33,135 nt of DNA from Gammaproteobacteria bacterium. Its GTDB lineage: Bacteria; Pseudomonadota; Gammaproteobacteria; DSM-19610. The stretch is from contig JAUXDG010000001.1 in assembly GCA_030618475.1 (NCBI GenBank), positions 1 through 33,135 of the forward strand, in the 5' to 3' direction. A program made the position numbers and the translations under genes. Of the stretch, positions 18,018-28,110 are shown one piece after another (positions within the stretch are counted from its first letter, which is position 1; each line of letters opens with the position of its first letter). The notes beneath the pieces were generated by a model. That model saw only the letters and a list, made by a program, of their open reading frames with translations. It ran no database searches and had not been told where the DNA came from.

Positions 18018-19250
18018 TCAGGAGTGGCTGCCCAATAGCACTTTCTGGTAACGTTCTACCGCATTCTCAATGGAAAATTCTTCTCCTCTCGCACGCAAGA
18101 CTGCCTTATTTTCAGGATTATCCAGTGTTTCGCAAATGGCGTCAGCAAGCTTGCATTCATCACCCACTGGCACAAGCATTCCATACTTACCGTCACTTAA
18201 TATCTCGGCTGGGCCACTTGGGCAATTCGTGCTCACCACCGGACAACCGCATAACAGGGCCTCGACCAGCACATTACCAAACCCCTCATAGCGGGACGAC
18301 AGAACAAATACCGAAGCCTTGCGCAAAAAGGGATAGGGATTCACCTTGAATCCGGGCATATCGAAATCTTCCTGCACACCAAGCCGGGTTGCCAGCCTGC
18401 TTAGTTCCTGTTTATGCTCGCGCTGTTCGACAGAAAACTCATCCCCTCCCAGCAACACCAGGCGCGCCTGCCTCCTCTCTCTGAGTTTGGCGAATGCGCG
18501 CAGCAACAGCGGGAAATCCTTCTGGGCAACGAACCGGCCTACACCGAGAATAACCGGCACTGCCCCGGAATCGAACCACCGATGATTCGGTGACTCACGG
18601 CTTAGAGTCTCTATCTCTTTCGTCTCAATGGGATTGTATATCGTTGTCACATGATCCTGATCAAGACCGAGATATTTCGCAACGTCTTCTGCTACGCCTT
18701 TTGATACTGCGACAACAGCATCTGCCCGGCGGTAACACCTTTGCATGAGTGGCCGCATATACCTGAGTTTGCTCTTTCCGCTGCTGTAGCATTCCACCTC
18801 CTGAGTCGAAGTATTGATATGTGCACCGACCACCACGCGCGTTGATGTAGCGCTGTAATATTTGGCCAACACCGCATTTATATTCGACTTTGGCAGGGCT
18901 GATACCAGCACGGCTGGTCTGCTTGCCTTCAAATGAGCTGCAATAGGAGATATGAATCCAAAGGATTTTCTTTTTGCGATCATAGCGGCGATTGCCCTGA
19001 AAGCAGCCGGATCCGCGCGCATTGCGCACAGAAACCCCAGGTTTGGCGAGGAAAATTTCAGCGGCACCAGATTCACGCCCGCCGGAATGCTGTTACAGAG
19101 CACCCCCTCCATCTTGCACACCAGAATATCCACCGGGTGTCCCAGCTTCGTGAAGCCGCTGGCAAGATTTAATATTACTTTTTCTGCGCCGCCGCCGGTA
19201 AGATTATCCAGCAAAAAGCAAATACGCGCGGGCCGAGCTCTTTGATTCAT
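18018..19250 (-). CDS. Glycosyltransferase family 4 (GT-B)
   Basis: GGGAEKV, AVSKGVA, IYNPI, GVGRFVAQKDF, SSRYEGFGNVLVEAL..GCPVVST.CPSGPAEIL; likely ATG 19250 (ORF track extends into asnB). Confidence 0.9.
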   Translation of the reverse strand: MNQRARPARICFLLDNLTGGGAEKVILNLASGFTKLGHPVDILVCKMEGVLCNSIPAGVNLVPLKFSSPNLGFLCAMRADPAAFRAIAAMIAKRKSFGFISPIAAHLKASRPAVLVSALPKSNINAVLAKYYSATSTRVVVGAHINTSTQEVECYSSGKSKLRYMRPLMQRCYRRADAVVAVSKGVAEDVAKYLGLDQDHVTTIYNPIETKEIETLSRESPNHRWFDSGAVPVILGVGRFVAQKDFPLLLRAFAKLRERRQARLVLLGGDEFSVEQREHKQELSRLATRLGVQEDFDMPGFKVNPYPFLRKASVFVLSSRYEGFGNVLVEALLCGCPVVSTNCPSGPAEILSDGKYGMLVPVGDECKLADAICETLDNPENKAVLRARGEEFSIENAVERYQKVLLGSHS

Positions 19251-19288
19251 CAGGATTCCAGCACAAACATTTAATCCTCGGGCAAGCG

Positions 19289-21268
19289 CTACGCAGAGCG
19301 CCTTTCCCCGATAGACCGGACCTCCGTTCGCGAATTCCACCAGGTTTGAAACATCAGGATTGCCCACATCAATTCCGAATGATTCGCCCACCCCTGCAGA
19401 TGCTGGGCCCAAACCCGGCGTACAGCTTTGACATCAAAAACGCCCTGATCCCGCAGCGCCTGCTCTGAAATCAGCGCTTCCGCCCAGTCACGCAACGGCC
19501 CACCGAGCCATTCTTTGACCGGAACACTGAAACCCCGCTTGGGTCTGTCGATAAGCTGTCGCGGTACATACCGGGTCAACAGATCCCTGAGCACCAACTT
19601 ACCGTTTTTGCCGTCAAACAGATAGTCCCTCGGCAGCGACCAGGCAAACTCCAATATGCGGTGGTCGAGCAGCGGGCTACGCGCTTCCAGGCTTACGGCC
19701 ATGCTGGCCCGGTCCACCTTGACAAGAATATCATCCGGCAAATACCCAACATAATCATAGTGCAGCATCGCGAACAGTGGGTCCTGCAGGTTCGCCCACA
19801 AACCGGGATCAACAAGCGGCGTCTGCGGTGTTACTGCCTGGCGGACAAACCTGTCTACCGGTATACACTTGTTGAACTTGTTCGCCAGAACATCCTGCGG
19901 GTTATCGGCAATCCAGTTGCACGATCGCTGGCTTATTTTGCCAAGTTTTCGGGTCCAGCCGGGTACCGTCTGTGTCTCGCCAAGCTTACGACTGGCGTAC
20001 GACCAGCTCCATTCCCCCAAAAGCCGCGTTACCCGCCCCTGCAGACTGCTGAAGACACCGGGGACACGATTGATATCGCGCCAGTGTTTCAGGCAATTCT
20101 TGTAACGCCGGTAACCTGCAAACTGTTCATCTCCACCGTCACCGGTAAGCACGACTTTAACCTGCTCATGTGCCAGTTTGCATACCAGATAAGTCGGAAT
20201 TTGCGAGGAATCGGCAAAAGGCTCGTCATAGATGGTCGGCAGGAGATCTACAACTTCCAGCGCCTGATCGGGCGTCATATAGAGCTCATGGTGCTCCGTC
20301 CCCAGATGCTTTGCCACACTGGCCGCGAACCCGGCCTCGTTGTATTTTTCTTCCCAGAAACCGATGCTGAAGGTTTTTACAGGCCGACTGGACATGGATT
20401 GCATGAGCGCAACAATCATCGACGAATCGATTCCCCCCGAAAGCAGCGCGCCAATATCGACGTCCGCGACCATACGTTCCTCGACTGCATCACGCAGCAG
20501 CGTATCCAGGCCGTCTATTGCTTCATCGTAACTTCCCTTGAACCGCTGTTTCTCACCCTGCTCGGCAACACTGCGGGCTGACCAGTATTGCCGGGGCGCC
20601 ACCGACCAGGACTCGCTCTGCCTGGGGATCTCGAGCAGACTGGCGGGGGGGAGTTTCCTGATCTGCCTGAAGATTGAGCCGGGTTGGGATACCCATCCAT
20701 ATTGCAGGTACTGGCCGAGCGCATCCTGGTCTAGCGAATCATCGAAATCAGGGTGTATCCACAGTGATTTCAGCTCTGACCCGAAAAGAAATGTTGTCCC
20801 GCACCAGCCATAGTACAGCGGTTTCTTACCGGCACGGTCGCGCGCCAGTGTCAGGGTTCCTGTCTCTCTATCCCACAAGGCGATAGCGAACATACCCTCC
20901 AGCCTGCTGATGGCTTCTCTCGAACCCAGGTGCTCGACCGCTGCGAGTATGACCTCGGTATCTGAATGTCCTTTATAGGGATACTGCGAATCAGACAGAT
21001 CTTTGCGCAGTCTCCTGAAGTTGTAGATCTCCCCATTGAAAGACAGGACATAACGGCCCGTCGCTGACAGCATGGGTTGAGCACCTGCCTCCGACAAATC
21101 GATAATTGACAGCCGCCGATGTCCCAGGGCCAGCGGGTATTGAGGGTCTACCCAGACCCCGTAAGCATCTGGGCCACGGTGCGCAATCGCACCCGTCATT
21201 CGGCCGCATAGTTCCGACAAATCGCTGACAGCACCGCCGCTTTGTATAAAACCGGTTATTCCACACAT
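19289..21268 (-). CDS. asnB: Asparagine synthase (glutamine-hydrolysing) family amidotransferase, glycan-cluster type
   Basis: N-terminal MCGITG (Ntn Cys), HRGPD, HRRLSIIDLS, FNGEIYNF, LLSGGIDSS, DEPFADSS, TGDGGDEQFAGY, KVDRASMAVSLEARSPLLD, RPKRGF. Confidence 0.92.
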   Translation of the reverse strand: MCGITGFIQSGGAVSDLSELCGRMTGAIAHRGPDAYGVWVDPQYPLALGHRRLSIIDLSEAGAQPMLSATGRYVLSFNGEIYNFRRLRKDLSDSQYPYKGHSDTEVILAAVEHLGSREAISRLEGMFAIALWDRETGTLTLARDRAGKKPLYYGWCGTTFLFGSELKSLWIHPDFDDSLDQDALGQYLQYGWVSQPGSIFRQIRKLPPASLLEIPRQSESWSVAPRQYWSARSVAEQGEKQRFKGSYDEAIDGLDTLLRDAVEERMVADVDIGALLSGGIDSSMIVALMQSMSSRPVKTFSIGFWEEKYNEAGFAASVAKHLGTEHHELYMTPDQALEVVDLLPTIYDEPFADSSQIPTYLVCKLAHEQVKVVLTGDGGDEQFAGYRRYKNCLKHWRDINRVPGVFSSLQGRVTRLLGEWSWSYASRKLGETQTVPGWTRKLGKISQRSCNWIADNPQDVLANKFNKCIPVDRFVRQAVTPQTPLVDPGLWANLQDPLFAMLHYDYVGYLPDDILVKVDRASMAVSLEARSPLLDHRILEFAWSLPRDYLFDGKNGKLVLRDLLTRYVPRQLIDRPKRGFSVPVKEWLGGPLRDWAEALISEQALRDQGVFDVKAVRRVWAQHLQGWANHSELMWAILMFQTWWNSRTEVRSIGERRSA

Positions 21269-21292
21269 TGGTAATCCAGGTTCCCCAGGTCC

Positions 21293-22543
21293 TCAGTTAA
21301 TCGTCCTGCCGGCAACCAGCGTGTCAAGCACAGTTAAATACTGCTCTGCCGCACAATCAACAGAAAATAGTTCCGCGCGGTGCATCAGGACATGTTTCTC
21401 TACCGGATTATCGAGTACGGATTCGACAGCTGCGCAAAGCGCAGCATGGTCACCGACCGGCACCAGAGGACCGTACTCGCCGTCACAGAGGATTTCCGCT
21501 GAGCCACCCGGACAATCGGTACTGACAACCGGGCAACCACAGGCAAGCGCCTGAATGACGACACCAGGCAAACCTTCATACTCGGACGACAAGACCAGCG
21601 CGGCAGCCCTGGCCATGAACTGAAACGGGTTTGCCACAAAACCAGGCAGCTGCACATCAGCTTCCAGCCCCAGATCTTTCACCAGCGCCTCCAGCAACGG
21701 GCGTTGCTTGCCTTCCCCCAGTATCAGCAGACGAGCCTTGCGGCTGGCGCGCAACCGCGCGAATGCCCGTATCAGCGTGGAAAAGTCTTTTTGCTGTGCC
21801 AACCGGCCTGCACCGAGTATCACCGGCGGTGACTGCGGGGAAAACCAGGGATGATCCAGTGGCACTGCTGACTGAGATCTCAGCTCGTCGTCAACGACCG
21901 GATTATAGATTGTCTTGATCGTATCACGAGGCAAACCGGAAACAGCAGACAAGTCGTCCGCCACCTGGTTGGATACGGATATAATCGCATCGGCATACGG
22001 ATAACTGCTACCTACCAAAGGCGGCAAGTATCGCCAGCGCCACTTGCGACGACTGGGCTCATTGAAGCAGTGCCGGGAAAGCGCTATGCGTTCACTGACA
22101 ACGACCGGCAACTCGGGATCCACCCTGTTTTTCGCCCACAGTGCGATTAGATTGGCATAGGTGAGTGCCGATAACATCACATCGGGCTGACGCTCCCGAA
22201 GGTAGCACTGCAAGGAACGAAGATATTCAATTTCCGGGGCGATTTTAGAGGGCAGAATTACGGGACGAATGACGGAACCCGGCCTGCCTGGATTTGCCAA
22301 CAGTGCCGCCAAACGCCCACCAAAATCACCACTCGACTCCAAAACCACAAGCCGCGCATCAGTCGGGACATTTTCCAGGTAAGCGCCCTTGGCACGACAT
22401 AAAACCAGGTCGACTTTACGGCCGCGCTCAAGAAAGGCATTCACCAGGTTCAGCATGGATCGCTCCGCCCCCCCTCCGTCCAGGGACGGAATAAGAACAG
22501 CAATGCTGTTGGCATGCGCACTATCAACGGGTGCACGTGTCAC
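21293..22543 (-). CDS. Glycosyltransferase family 4 (GT-B)
   Basis: GGGAERSM, IYNPV, GAGRLAQQKDF, SSEYEGLPGVVIQALACGCPVVSTDCPGG; probable GTG start 22543 (ORF open to 22633). Confidence 0.9.
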   Translation of the reverse strand: MTRAPVDSAHANSIAVLIPSLDGGGAERSMLNLVNAFLERGRKVDLVLCRAKGAYLENVPTDARLVVLESSGDFGGRLAALLANPGRPGSVIRPVILPSKIAPEIEYLRSLQCYLRERQPDVMLSALTYANLIALWAKNRVDPELPVVVSERIALSRHCFNEPSRRKWRWRYLPPLVGSSYPYADAIISVSNQVADDLSAVSGLPRDTIKTIYNPVVDDELRSQSAVPLDHPWFSPQSPPVILGAGRLAQQKDFSTLIRAFARLRASRKARLLILGEGKQRPLLEALVKDLGLEADVQLPGFVANPFQFMARAAALVLSSEYEGLPGVVIQALACGCPVVSTDCPGGSAEILCDGEYGPLVPVGDHAALCAAVESVLDNPVEKHVLMHRAELFSVDCAAEQYLTVLDTLVAGRTIN

Positions 22544-22964
22544 ATCAGAAAACTCTTTGTTATGGAAATGCTCCTGCAACTCAACCTGTTGAGCACTGCC
22601 GCACACGCCACGCGCCTTCCAAATTATTTGCACAAAGGCAACCCTGTAATATGGCTGTTGGATAGAGAATGCGGGATTCTAGCAGCCACCGCCGACCAAT
22701 AGAAACTGAAATCAAAGCCGTCAGACAGGTTTCGGCAATGGATTCATTTTTACCAGCTACACAGCGCACCGCGAAGAACTCATAAACATTTGAGTTTAAT
22801 GCTTTATCCAGTACAATTACGCACTGCTTGGCCTTCGCTAGCTCAGCACCCGAGCTTGCTGAAGGGCAAGCTATGCCCGACACGGTTTGTCGGATATTTC
22901 GCCGGACCGTTCAAATCAGAACCAGATACATCCAGACCCGGTATCAATGTAAAGAGCCAGCGCC

Positions 22965-23732
22965 GTGAAAGCTTACGAATTGTTAGTCTGGACAGACGAT
23001 ATGGTTAAAAATTACTGGGACTACGAGGCGCAGTTTCCGAAGAAATTTTTTACCTATAGTCGCAGCTACGAGATTATCAGACAGATCAAAGCCTATCTGC
23101 CGGACAACTGCACCGTACTCGACTACGGATGTGGCCCCGGCAATCTGATCGGCCCTCTGCTGGAGGCCGGTTTCAGAGTTGCCGGCCTGGATGCCTCCCC
23201 TTCGGCGAGAAAACAGGTGGCGGACCGGTTTGGCAACAGAGGGGACTTCCTGGGCTCATTCAAGCAGAGCGAAATCAACAGTTCCGGTCTTCAATTTGAT
23301 GCCATCATCGTCGCCGAAGTCATTGAGCATCTCTATGACGAACAACTGGATAGTCTGCTGAAAACCCTTACAACACTGTCCACGCCGGATACCCGTATCA
23401 TTTTCACGACACCCAATGAAGAGAAGCTGGAGGACAACTACATTCTGTGTCCGGTATCGGGGAAACTTTTCCACCGATGGCAGCATGTGCGAAACTGGTC
23501 ACAGGTGTCCGTCAGATCCTACCTGGATTCCCGTAACTTCAAGGTAATCAAAAGCCTGACGACAGATTTCGATGCATCGTTCATTACCCGCGGGAAAAAA
23601 CATCCGCTTCGCCGCTGGTGGCGCGCGCTGCACGGCAGGCTGAAATACCTGACCCGCCCGGATAAAAAACGGCCGCATTTGCTCGTCATCGCCGGTCCGA
23701 ATCCTGCTAATACCCGACAGCAACACCTTTGA
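22965..23732 (+). CDS. Class I SAM-dependent methyltransferase
   Basis: VLDYGCGPG, VAGLDAS, FDAIIVAEVIEHL, IFTTPN. Confidence 0.88.
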   Translation: MKAYELLVWTDDMVKNYWDYEAQFPKKFFTYSRSYEIIRQIKAYLPDNCTVLDYGCGPGNLIGPLLEAGFRVAGLDASPSARKQVADRFGNRGDFLGSFKQSEINSSGLQFDAIIVAEVIEHLYDEQLDSLLKTLTTLSTPDTRIIFTTPNEEKLEDNYILCPVSGKLFHRWQHVRNWSQVSVRSYLDSRNFKVIKSLTTDFDASFITRGKKHPLRRWWRALHGRLKYLTRPDKKRPHLLVIAGPNPANTRQQHL

Positions 23733-23806
23733 TCGGTTATTTTTTTAATCGCCGTTTTTAAGTATAATCTGCCGTCGAGCGACGACTGCGGAAGGCCATA
23801 CCACTA

Positions 23807-24745
23807 ATGGACAAATGTGTCTTTATCCAGACCAACCACAAGCAGATCGTAGGCGCCCTGGTCGCCGAGTATGCCTTGCGGCGCAATTCGCCGCACAGTG
23901 ACGCATTCGATGTGCGCATTATGCACACCCGTGATTTCCCCTTTTTCAAGGCCCGCGAAGGCCAGCTGTATTTACGTGACAGCGTCAAGCGCAGCTGGCT
24001 GAATGACGATCTGCAGTCGTTCACACCCACCCGCTTCATGCCACCGGAGCTGATGGGCTACCAGGGCCGCGCCGTTGTCATCGACCCGGATATTTTCGCT
24101 GTCGCCGATATCTGGGATCTGCTGTCGCGCGATATGCACGGCAAAGCCATTATGTGCCGCATGCGTTCCGGGCCCAAGGGTCTGGTAGACCGCTGTAAGG
24201 CCAGCAGCGTTATGCTGCTGGACTGTGAAAAACTGACGCACTGGAAAGTTGAAGAGCAGTTCAACGAGATGTTCGAGTTGAAGCGGGATTATATGCCGTG
24301 GATCTGCCTGCGCCTGGAAGACCCGGATTCCATAGACTTTTTCGAACCCGAATGGAATGACTTCGACAAACTCACCGCAAACACCAAAATGCTGCACGTC
24401 ACGCGGCGCAAGACGCAGCCGTGGAAGGCAGGTCTTCCGATAGACTGGCGCCCGGCCGAGCGTTTCCGCCTGTTCCCGCCGGTGGCCTGGGTGATGCGCG
24501 CGCGCCGCCACCTGTTTGGTGAATACGGCTTGCTTGGCAACTACAAAGAACATCCTGACCCGAATCAGACCAGGCTGTTCTTCGGGCTGCTCAAGGAATG
24601 TGTCAACAAGGGCATTGTCAGCGAGGACATGCTGCGTGAGGAAATGAAACACAACCACGTGCGGCACGATGCCTTTGAGGTGCTGGATCGCACACCGGAC
24701 CTTGCGCCACCCGGCAATCCCCCCCTCAAGCTTTCAGCCGCTTAA
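23807..24745 (+). CDS. GT-A fold, GT8-like glycosyltransferase (putative)
   Basis: SFTPTRFMPPELMGYQGRAVVIDPDIF (DxD), SSVMLLDC, EWNDFD, LHVT..QPW follow the motif order of GT8-like nucleotide-diphospho-sugar transferases. Confidence 0.6.
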   Translation: MDKCVFIQTNHKQIVGALVAEYALRRNSPHSDAFDVRIMHTRDFPFFKAREGQLYLRDSVKRSWLNDDLQSFTPTRFMPPELMGYQGRAVVIDPDIFAVADIWDLLSRDMHGKAIMCRMRSGPKGLVDRCKASSVMLLDCEKLTHWKVEEQFNEMFELKRDYMPWICLRLEDPDSIDFFEPEWNDFDKLTANTKMLHVTRRKTQPWKAGLPIDWRPAERFRLFPPVAWVMRARRHLFGEYGLLGNYKEHPDPNQTRLFFGLLKECVNKGIVSEDMLREEMKHNHVRHDAFEVLDRTPDLAPPGNPPLKLSAA

Positions 24746-25815
24746 CAGTCGAAAAGCGCACGCACCCGCATTGCCGCCCGTTGCGCATCATCCGGTGGTG
24801 CCGCCCGCTTACCGGCAGGAAACGCCTGCCCCAGCCAGACGGCCCGGCCACTGGCGACCAGCTGGCGCTGAATATTGCCAACGTCTCGATGCATACGCCT
24901 GGCTGCAAACAGCATCGCCAGCCTGTGAGTCAGTGGCTTATATCGAAAATTATAACCATGCCGCCACCAGGGTCGAGCGTCACCGGGATCAAAAATATAC
25001 AGCGGTTTACAGGTAAAACTGGCCTCAGTCAGCATCGACATGCTCTCACCGGTGACCACCAGCCGGTCAGCCAGGGCAAGATAGGCAAAATAGGGGTTAG
25101 CCTCCCCCGCTTCAGTCCAGCGGTGAATATAAGCGGGCACGTTTAACTCGTGCTGGAAGGCCTCAAAAACCGGCTCCGGTGTACGGGCGCTGTCTGTGAC
25201 CAGCAGAGACCCGCCGTCATGAAGCGCCATGCTGTTGACCTGTTGCCCCAGGCGCTGCCCTTTCTCTCCAGTAAATACAAACGGACCACTATCGCCACCA
25301 ATGAGCACGGCGGTATACGGGCGTGCTAAATGTGCAAATCTTTGCCGCCAGGCATCGGCAGCCTCCTTCAGACGCGCATTCATAACACCATGAAGCGGCA
25401 GGTCATTCTTTAACACGTTTTGCCGACCCGGCAAAAAATACTGTGGCGTCGTGACAATCAGGTCAAAAACATCCAGCGGCGCCCAGGGGCGTCCGACATG
25501 CACCAGCCGGGTTCTGCCGCCTGTTTGTTTACGGATCCATCGCGCCACCGGCTCGTTGCGACGTCCCGCTGTGATAATCAGATCTGGCCAGGGGGCGGAT
25601 AGCTCACTGGAAGACGTCTTGTCGATTCCGGCCAGCGTTACCGCAAGCAGCCGATTGGTCAGTAACTCAGTCTTCCTGTAGTTGAAACGCTTGACGTCAT
25701 AGCGCCAGCCCAGGGCATCTGCCAGCGCCAGCACCTGCGCATTATCACCTGCCTTGTAACCGGTGAGCACCCAGGTCACCGGCCTGGAGGCACCGTCCTG
25801 CACGCCCTCGTTCAC
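24742..25815 (-). CDS. ELM1/GtrOC1 family protein, paralog 2
   Basis: WVLTGYKAGDNAQVLALA, PWPDLIITAGRRNEP, FDLIVTTPQY, DSART, NPYFAYLALAD.LVVTGESMSMLTEA. Confidence 0.82.
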   Translation of the reverse strand: MNEGVQDGASRPVTWVLTGYKAGDNAQVLALADALGWRYDVKRFNYRKTELLTNRLLAVTLAGIDKTSSSELSAPWPDLIITAGRRNEPVARWIRKQTGGRTRLVHVGRPWAPLDVFDLIVTTPQYFLPGRQNVLKNDLPLHGVMNARLKEAADAWRQRFAHLARPYTAVLIGGDSGPFVFTGEKGQRLGQQVNSMALHDGGSLLVTDSARTPEPVFEAFQHELNVPAYIHRWTEAGEANPYFAYLALADRLVVTGESMSMLTEASFTCKPLYIFDPGDARPWWRHGYNFRYKPLTHRLAMLFAARRMHRDVGNIQRQLVASGRAVWLGQAFPAGKRAAPPDDAQRAAMRVRALFDC

Positions 25816-25949
25816 CCGTCAACATCGACCCGTATTAAAAATCGCGAGCTTACAGGAATCACCGGGGAACTGCAGTGCTAATGCTCTGTTGCGGTAAAAA
25901 ATCGGTACAATAAAAGCCTACCAACCCGTAGCTGTCAACAGGCGCAACC

Positions 25950-27017
25950 TTGGTCCTAAGCCGTTATATCACTGCAGAGATCACCAAACCCATGTTTCTG
26001 GGCATCACTCTGCTGGTCATTGTTTTTACCGGCTACACGTTCGCTATAAAGCTGTCGGAGGCAGCAGACGGCATAATCCCGCTTTCCGTCGTTGCCCGTC
26101 TCATCGGCCTGAAAAGCGTCATTACCCTGGAAGTGCTGCTGCCCACCGCACTCTATCTGTCCATTATCGCTGCGCTGAGCCGATTTCATCGTGACTCTGA
26201 AATGGCTGCCATTAATACCGCAGGCGTTGGCGAGGCCGGAATTCTGCGCTCTGTTATTATTTTGTCCGTACTGATCGCTGTCATCGTTGGTACCATTTCT
26301 CTATTTGCCCGGCCCTGGGCCTACCGCCAAAGCTATCAGATCGAAGCCGAAGCCCGTGCTGAATTTGATATTCGAAAAATCGAACCCGGCCAGTTCATTG
26401 AACTACAGGGCAGCAAATACGTTCTGTTTGCACGGCACGTCGACAAGCACAAGGGACGATTGCAGGACGTATTCCTGCAGAGTGAACGGGGTAATAAAAT
26501 ACAGCTCATCTTTGCCCAGGAAGCCTTCCTGCCACCGGTTCACGCCGGTGAACGCCGCAGTTTTGAATTCGTGAACGGCTACAACTATCTTCTCGACCCA
26601 CTCGGCAGCCAGGATACCACTTTAAAATTCAAACACATGAAAGTTTACATTCCGACAGACAAGCGGGACACCAAATATCGAAGGAGAGCCGAACCCAGCA
26701 TCAATCTTTACCGATCTGATGCACCCGAGGATATTGCCGAGTTCCAGTGGCGGCTATCGACACCGCTTGCAACTGTGCTGCTTTCCCTGCTCGCGGTTCC
26801 GCTTAGCCGCAGCGCACCCCGACAGAGCCGGCATCACAGTTTCGTCTTCGCTATCCTGGTTTATGTCGGCCTTTTTAACTTGACCGGTGTGGCGCGCACC
26901 TGGGTTGAAAATGGCAAAGTGCAGAGTTTTCCCGGCATCTGGTGGATCTACCTGGTTCCGCTTTTGCTGTTCATCGGCTTGATGGTGGCGCCGACCTGGC
27001 TGCGCCGGAAGCGCTGA
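25950..27017 (+). CDS. lptF: LptF-family ABC permease
   Basis: LSRYI..EI, LPTALYLS..RFHRDSEMAA..AGVG, RPWA, AEFQWRLSTPL, LAVPLS; 3 TM + periplasmic domain + 3 TM layout. Confidence 0.85.
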   Translation: MVLSRYITAEITKPMFLGITLLVIVFTGYTFAIKLSEAADGIIPLSVVARLIGLKSVITLEVLLPTALYLSIIAALSRFHRDSEMAAINTAGVGEAGILRSVIILSVLIAVIVGTISLFARPWAYRQSYQIEAEARAEFDIRKIEPGQFIELQGSKYVLFARHVDKHKGRLQDVFLQSERGNKIQLIFAQEAFLPPVHAGERRSFEFVNGYNYLLDPLGSQDTTLKFKHMKVYIPTDKRDTKYRRRAEPSINLYRSDAPEDIAEFQWRLSTPLATVLLSLLAVPLSRSAPRQSRHHSFVFAILVYVGLFNLTGVARTWVENGKVQSFPGIWWIYLVPLLLFIGLMVAPTWLRRKR

Positions 27018-27018
27018 C

Positions 27019-28089
27019 ATGGGGCTTCTGGACCGATACATTGCGTGGAAGTTGCTGAAAGGCTGGGTGCTTGTCTGGCTGGTCATGACTTCGATATTCA
27101 CCCTGCTGGGTTTCGTTGAAGAACTGGAACGCACCACGGAGCGCTACCAGATTATCGATGCCGTACGCTTTATGCTCTATACGCTGCCACAGCGTTCGAT
27201 GGACCTGGCCCCGGTCATGGCCCTTCTCGGCTCATTGCTAGCGTTGGCAGGGTTGAACAAAAGCAGTGAACTCATTGCCATGCGCACGGCCGGCGTATCT
27301 GTTTCCCGCTTTCTGCGCTCGGTTGCCATCCCGACCCTCGCTCTGGTCGCGGCTCTTTATGCCGTCAGTGAATTCATTGCAGCACCCCTGTTCCAGCAGG
27401 CAGAAACCGAAAAAACCCTGATCCGAACCGGCAAGGCAAACCTGCTCAAAGGAAAAGGCCTATGGTCGAATAGTGGCTACCGCTTCTTCAATGTACGTAC
27501 TTTAAAACACGGTCAGGTACCAACCAGCATTTACCTCTACGAGTTCTCGCCTGATGGGCGTCTACAGCATTTCGCGTTTGCCCGTCGTGCCCAGCTCACC
27601 GATAGCAGACGTTGGGACCTGCTGAATGTAGAACAAAAGACACTGCATGGCGATCAACTAAAAAGCAGACATTTGCCGAACCTGGAGATGGGCCCTTTCT
27701 GGTCACGTGAGGAATTGCCTGTCCTGCCTCTTTCTACAGCTGGCATGACACCAACGGGGCTTTATGAGTATTCGGACTACCTAAAATCGACAAACCAGCT
27801 GTCAGAGCGCATTGAACAGGTTTTCTGGCAGAAAATAGTCCTGCCACTCACTACTGGCGCCATGGTTTTTCTGGCCGTACCCATCGGGGCCAGCGTTGGT
27901 ACAACAAGAAGCGGCGGCTTTGGAAAAAATCTCGCTATCGGTGCAGGCGTTGGCATCCTGTTTTATCTGCTGTCCCAGCTTATCCAGACGGGGGCCTCGA
28001 TGGCAGGAATACCTCCCGCACTGGCCGTTTTTATGCCGGTGATGCTGGTGTTAAGCGTTGCCGGTGGCCTGATCAATCGCATGCGCTGA
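27019..28089 (+). CDS. lptG: LptG-family ABC permease
   Basis: LLDRYI, LLGSLLALAGLNKSSELIAMRTAGVS, FWQKIVLPL, GILFY; tandem with the lptF-like gene. Confidence 0.85.
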   Translation: MGLLDRYIAWKLLKGWVLVWLVMTSIFTLLGFVEELERTTERYQIIDAVRFMLYTLPQRSMDLAPVMALLGSLLALAGLNKSSELIAMRTAGVSVSRFLRSVAIPTLALVAALYAVSEFIAAPLFQQAETEKTLIRTGKANLLKGKGLWSNSGYRFFNVRTLKHGQVPTSIYLYEFSPDGRLQHFAFARRAQLTDSRRWDLLNVEQKTLHGDQLKSRHLPNLEMGPFWSREELPVLPLSTAGMTPTGLYEYSDYLKSTNQLSERIEQVFWQKIVLPLTTGAMVFLAVPIGASVGTTRSGGFGKNLAIGAGVGILFYLLSQLIQTGASMAGIPPALAVFMPVMLVLSVAGGLINRMR

Positions 28090-28110
28090 ATTTGTCGCGC
28101 TGCCTCGTTA

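Noticed and set aside
19251-19412. N-terminal extension of the GT4 ORF overlapping asnB
   Set aside because: GT4 homology starts at MNQRARPARICFLL (ATG 19250); the extension is just open frame.
19661-20581. 306-aa ORF on the + strand
   Set aside because: Antisense shadow of asnB with no recognisable motifs.
22581-22883. 100-aa ORF in the GT4/methyltransferase intergenic region
   Set aside because: No recognisable family or clear RBS; more likely a divergent promoter region, though a decayed gene cannot be excluded.
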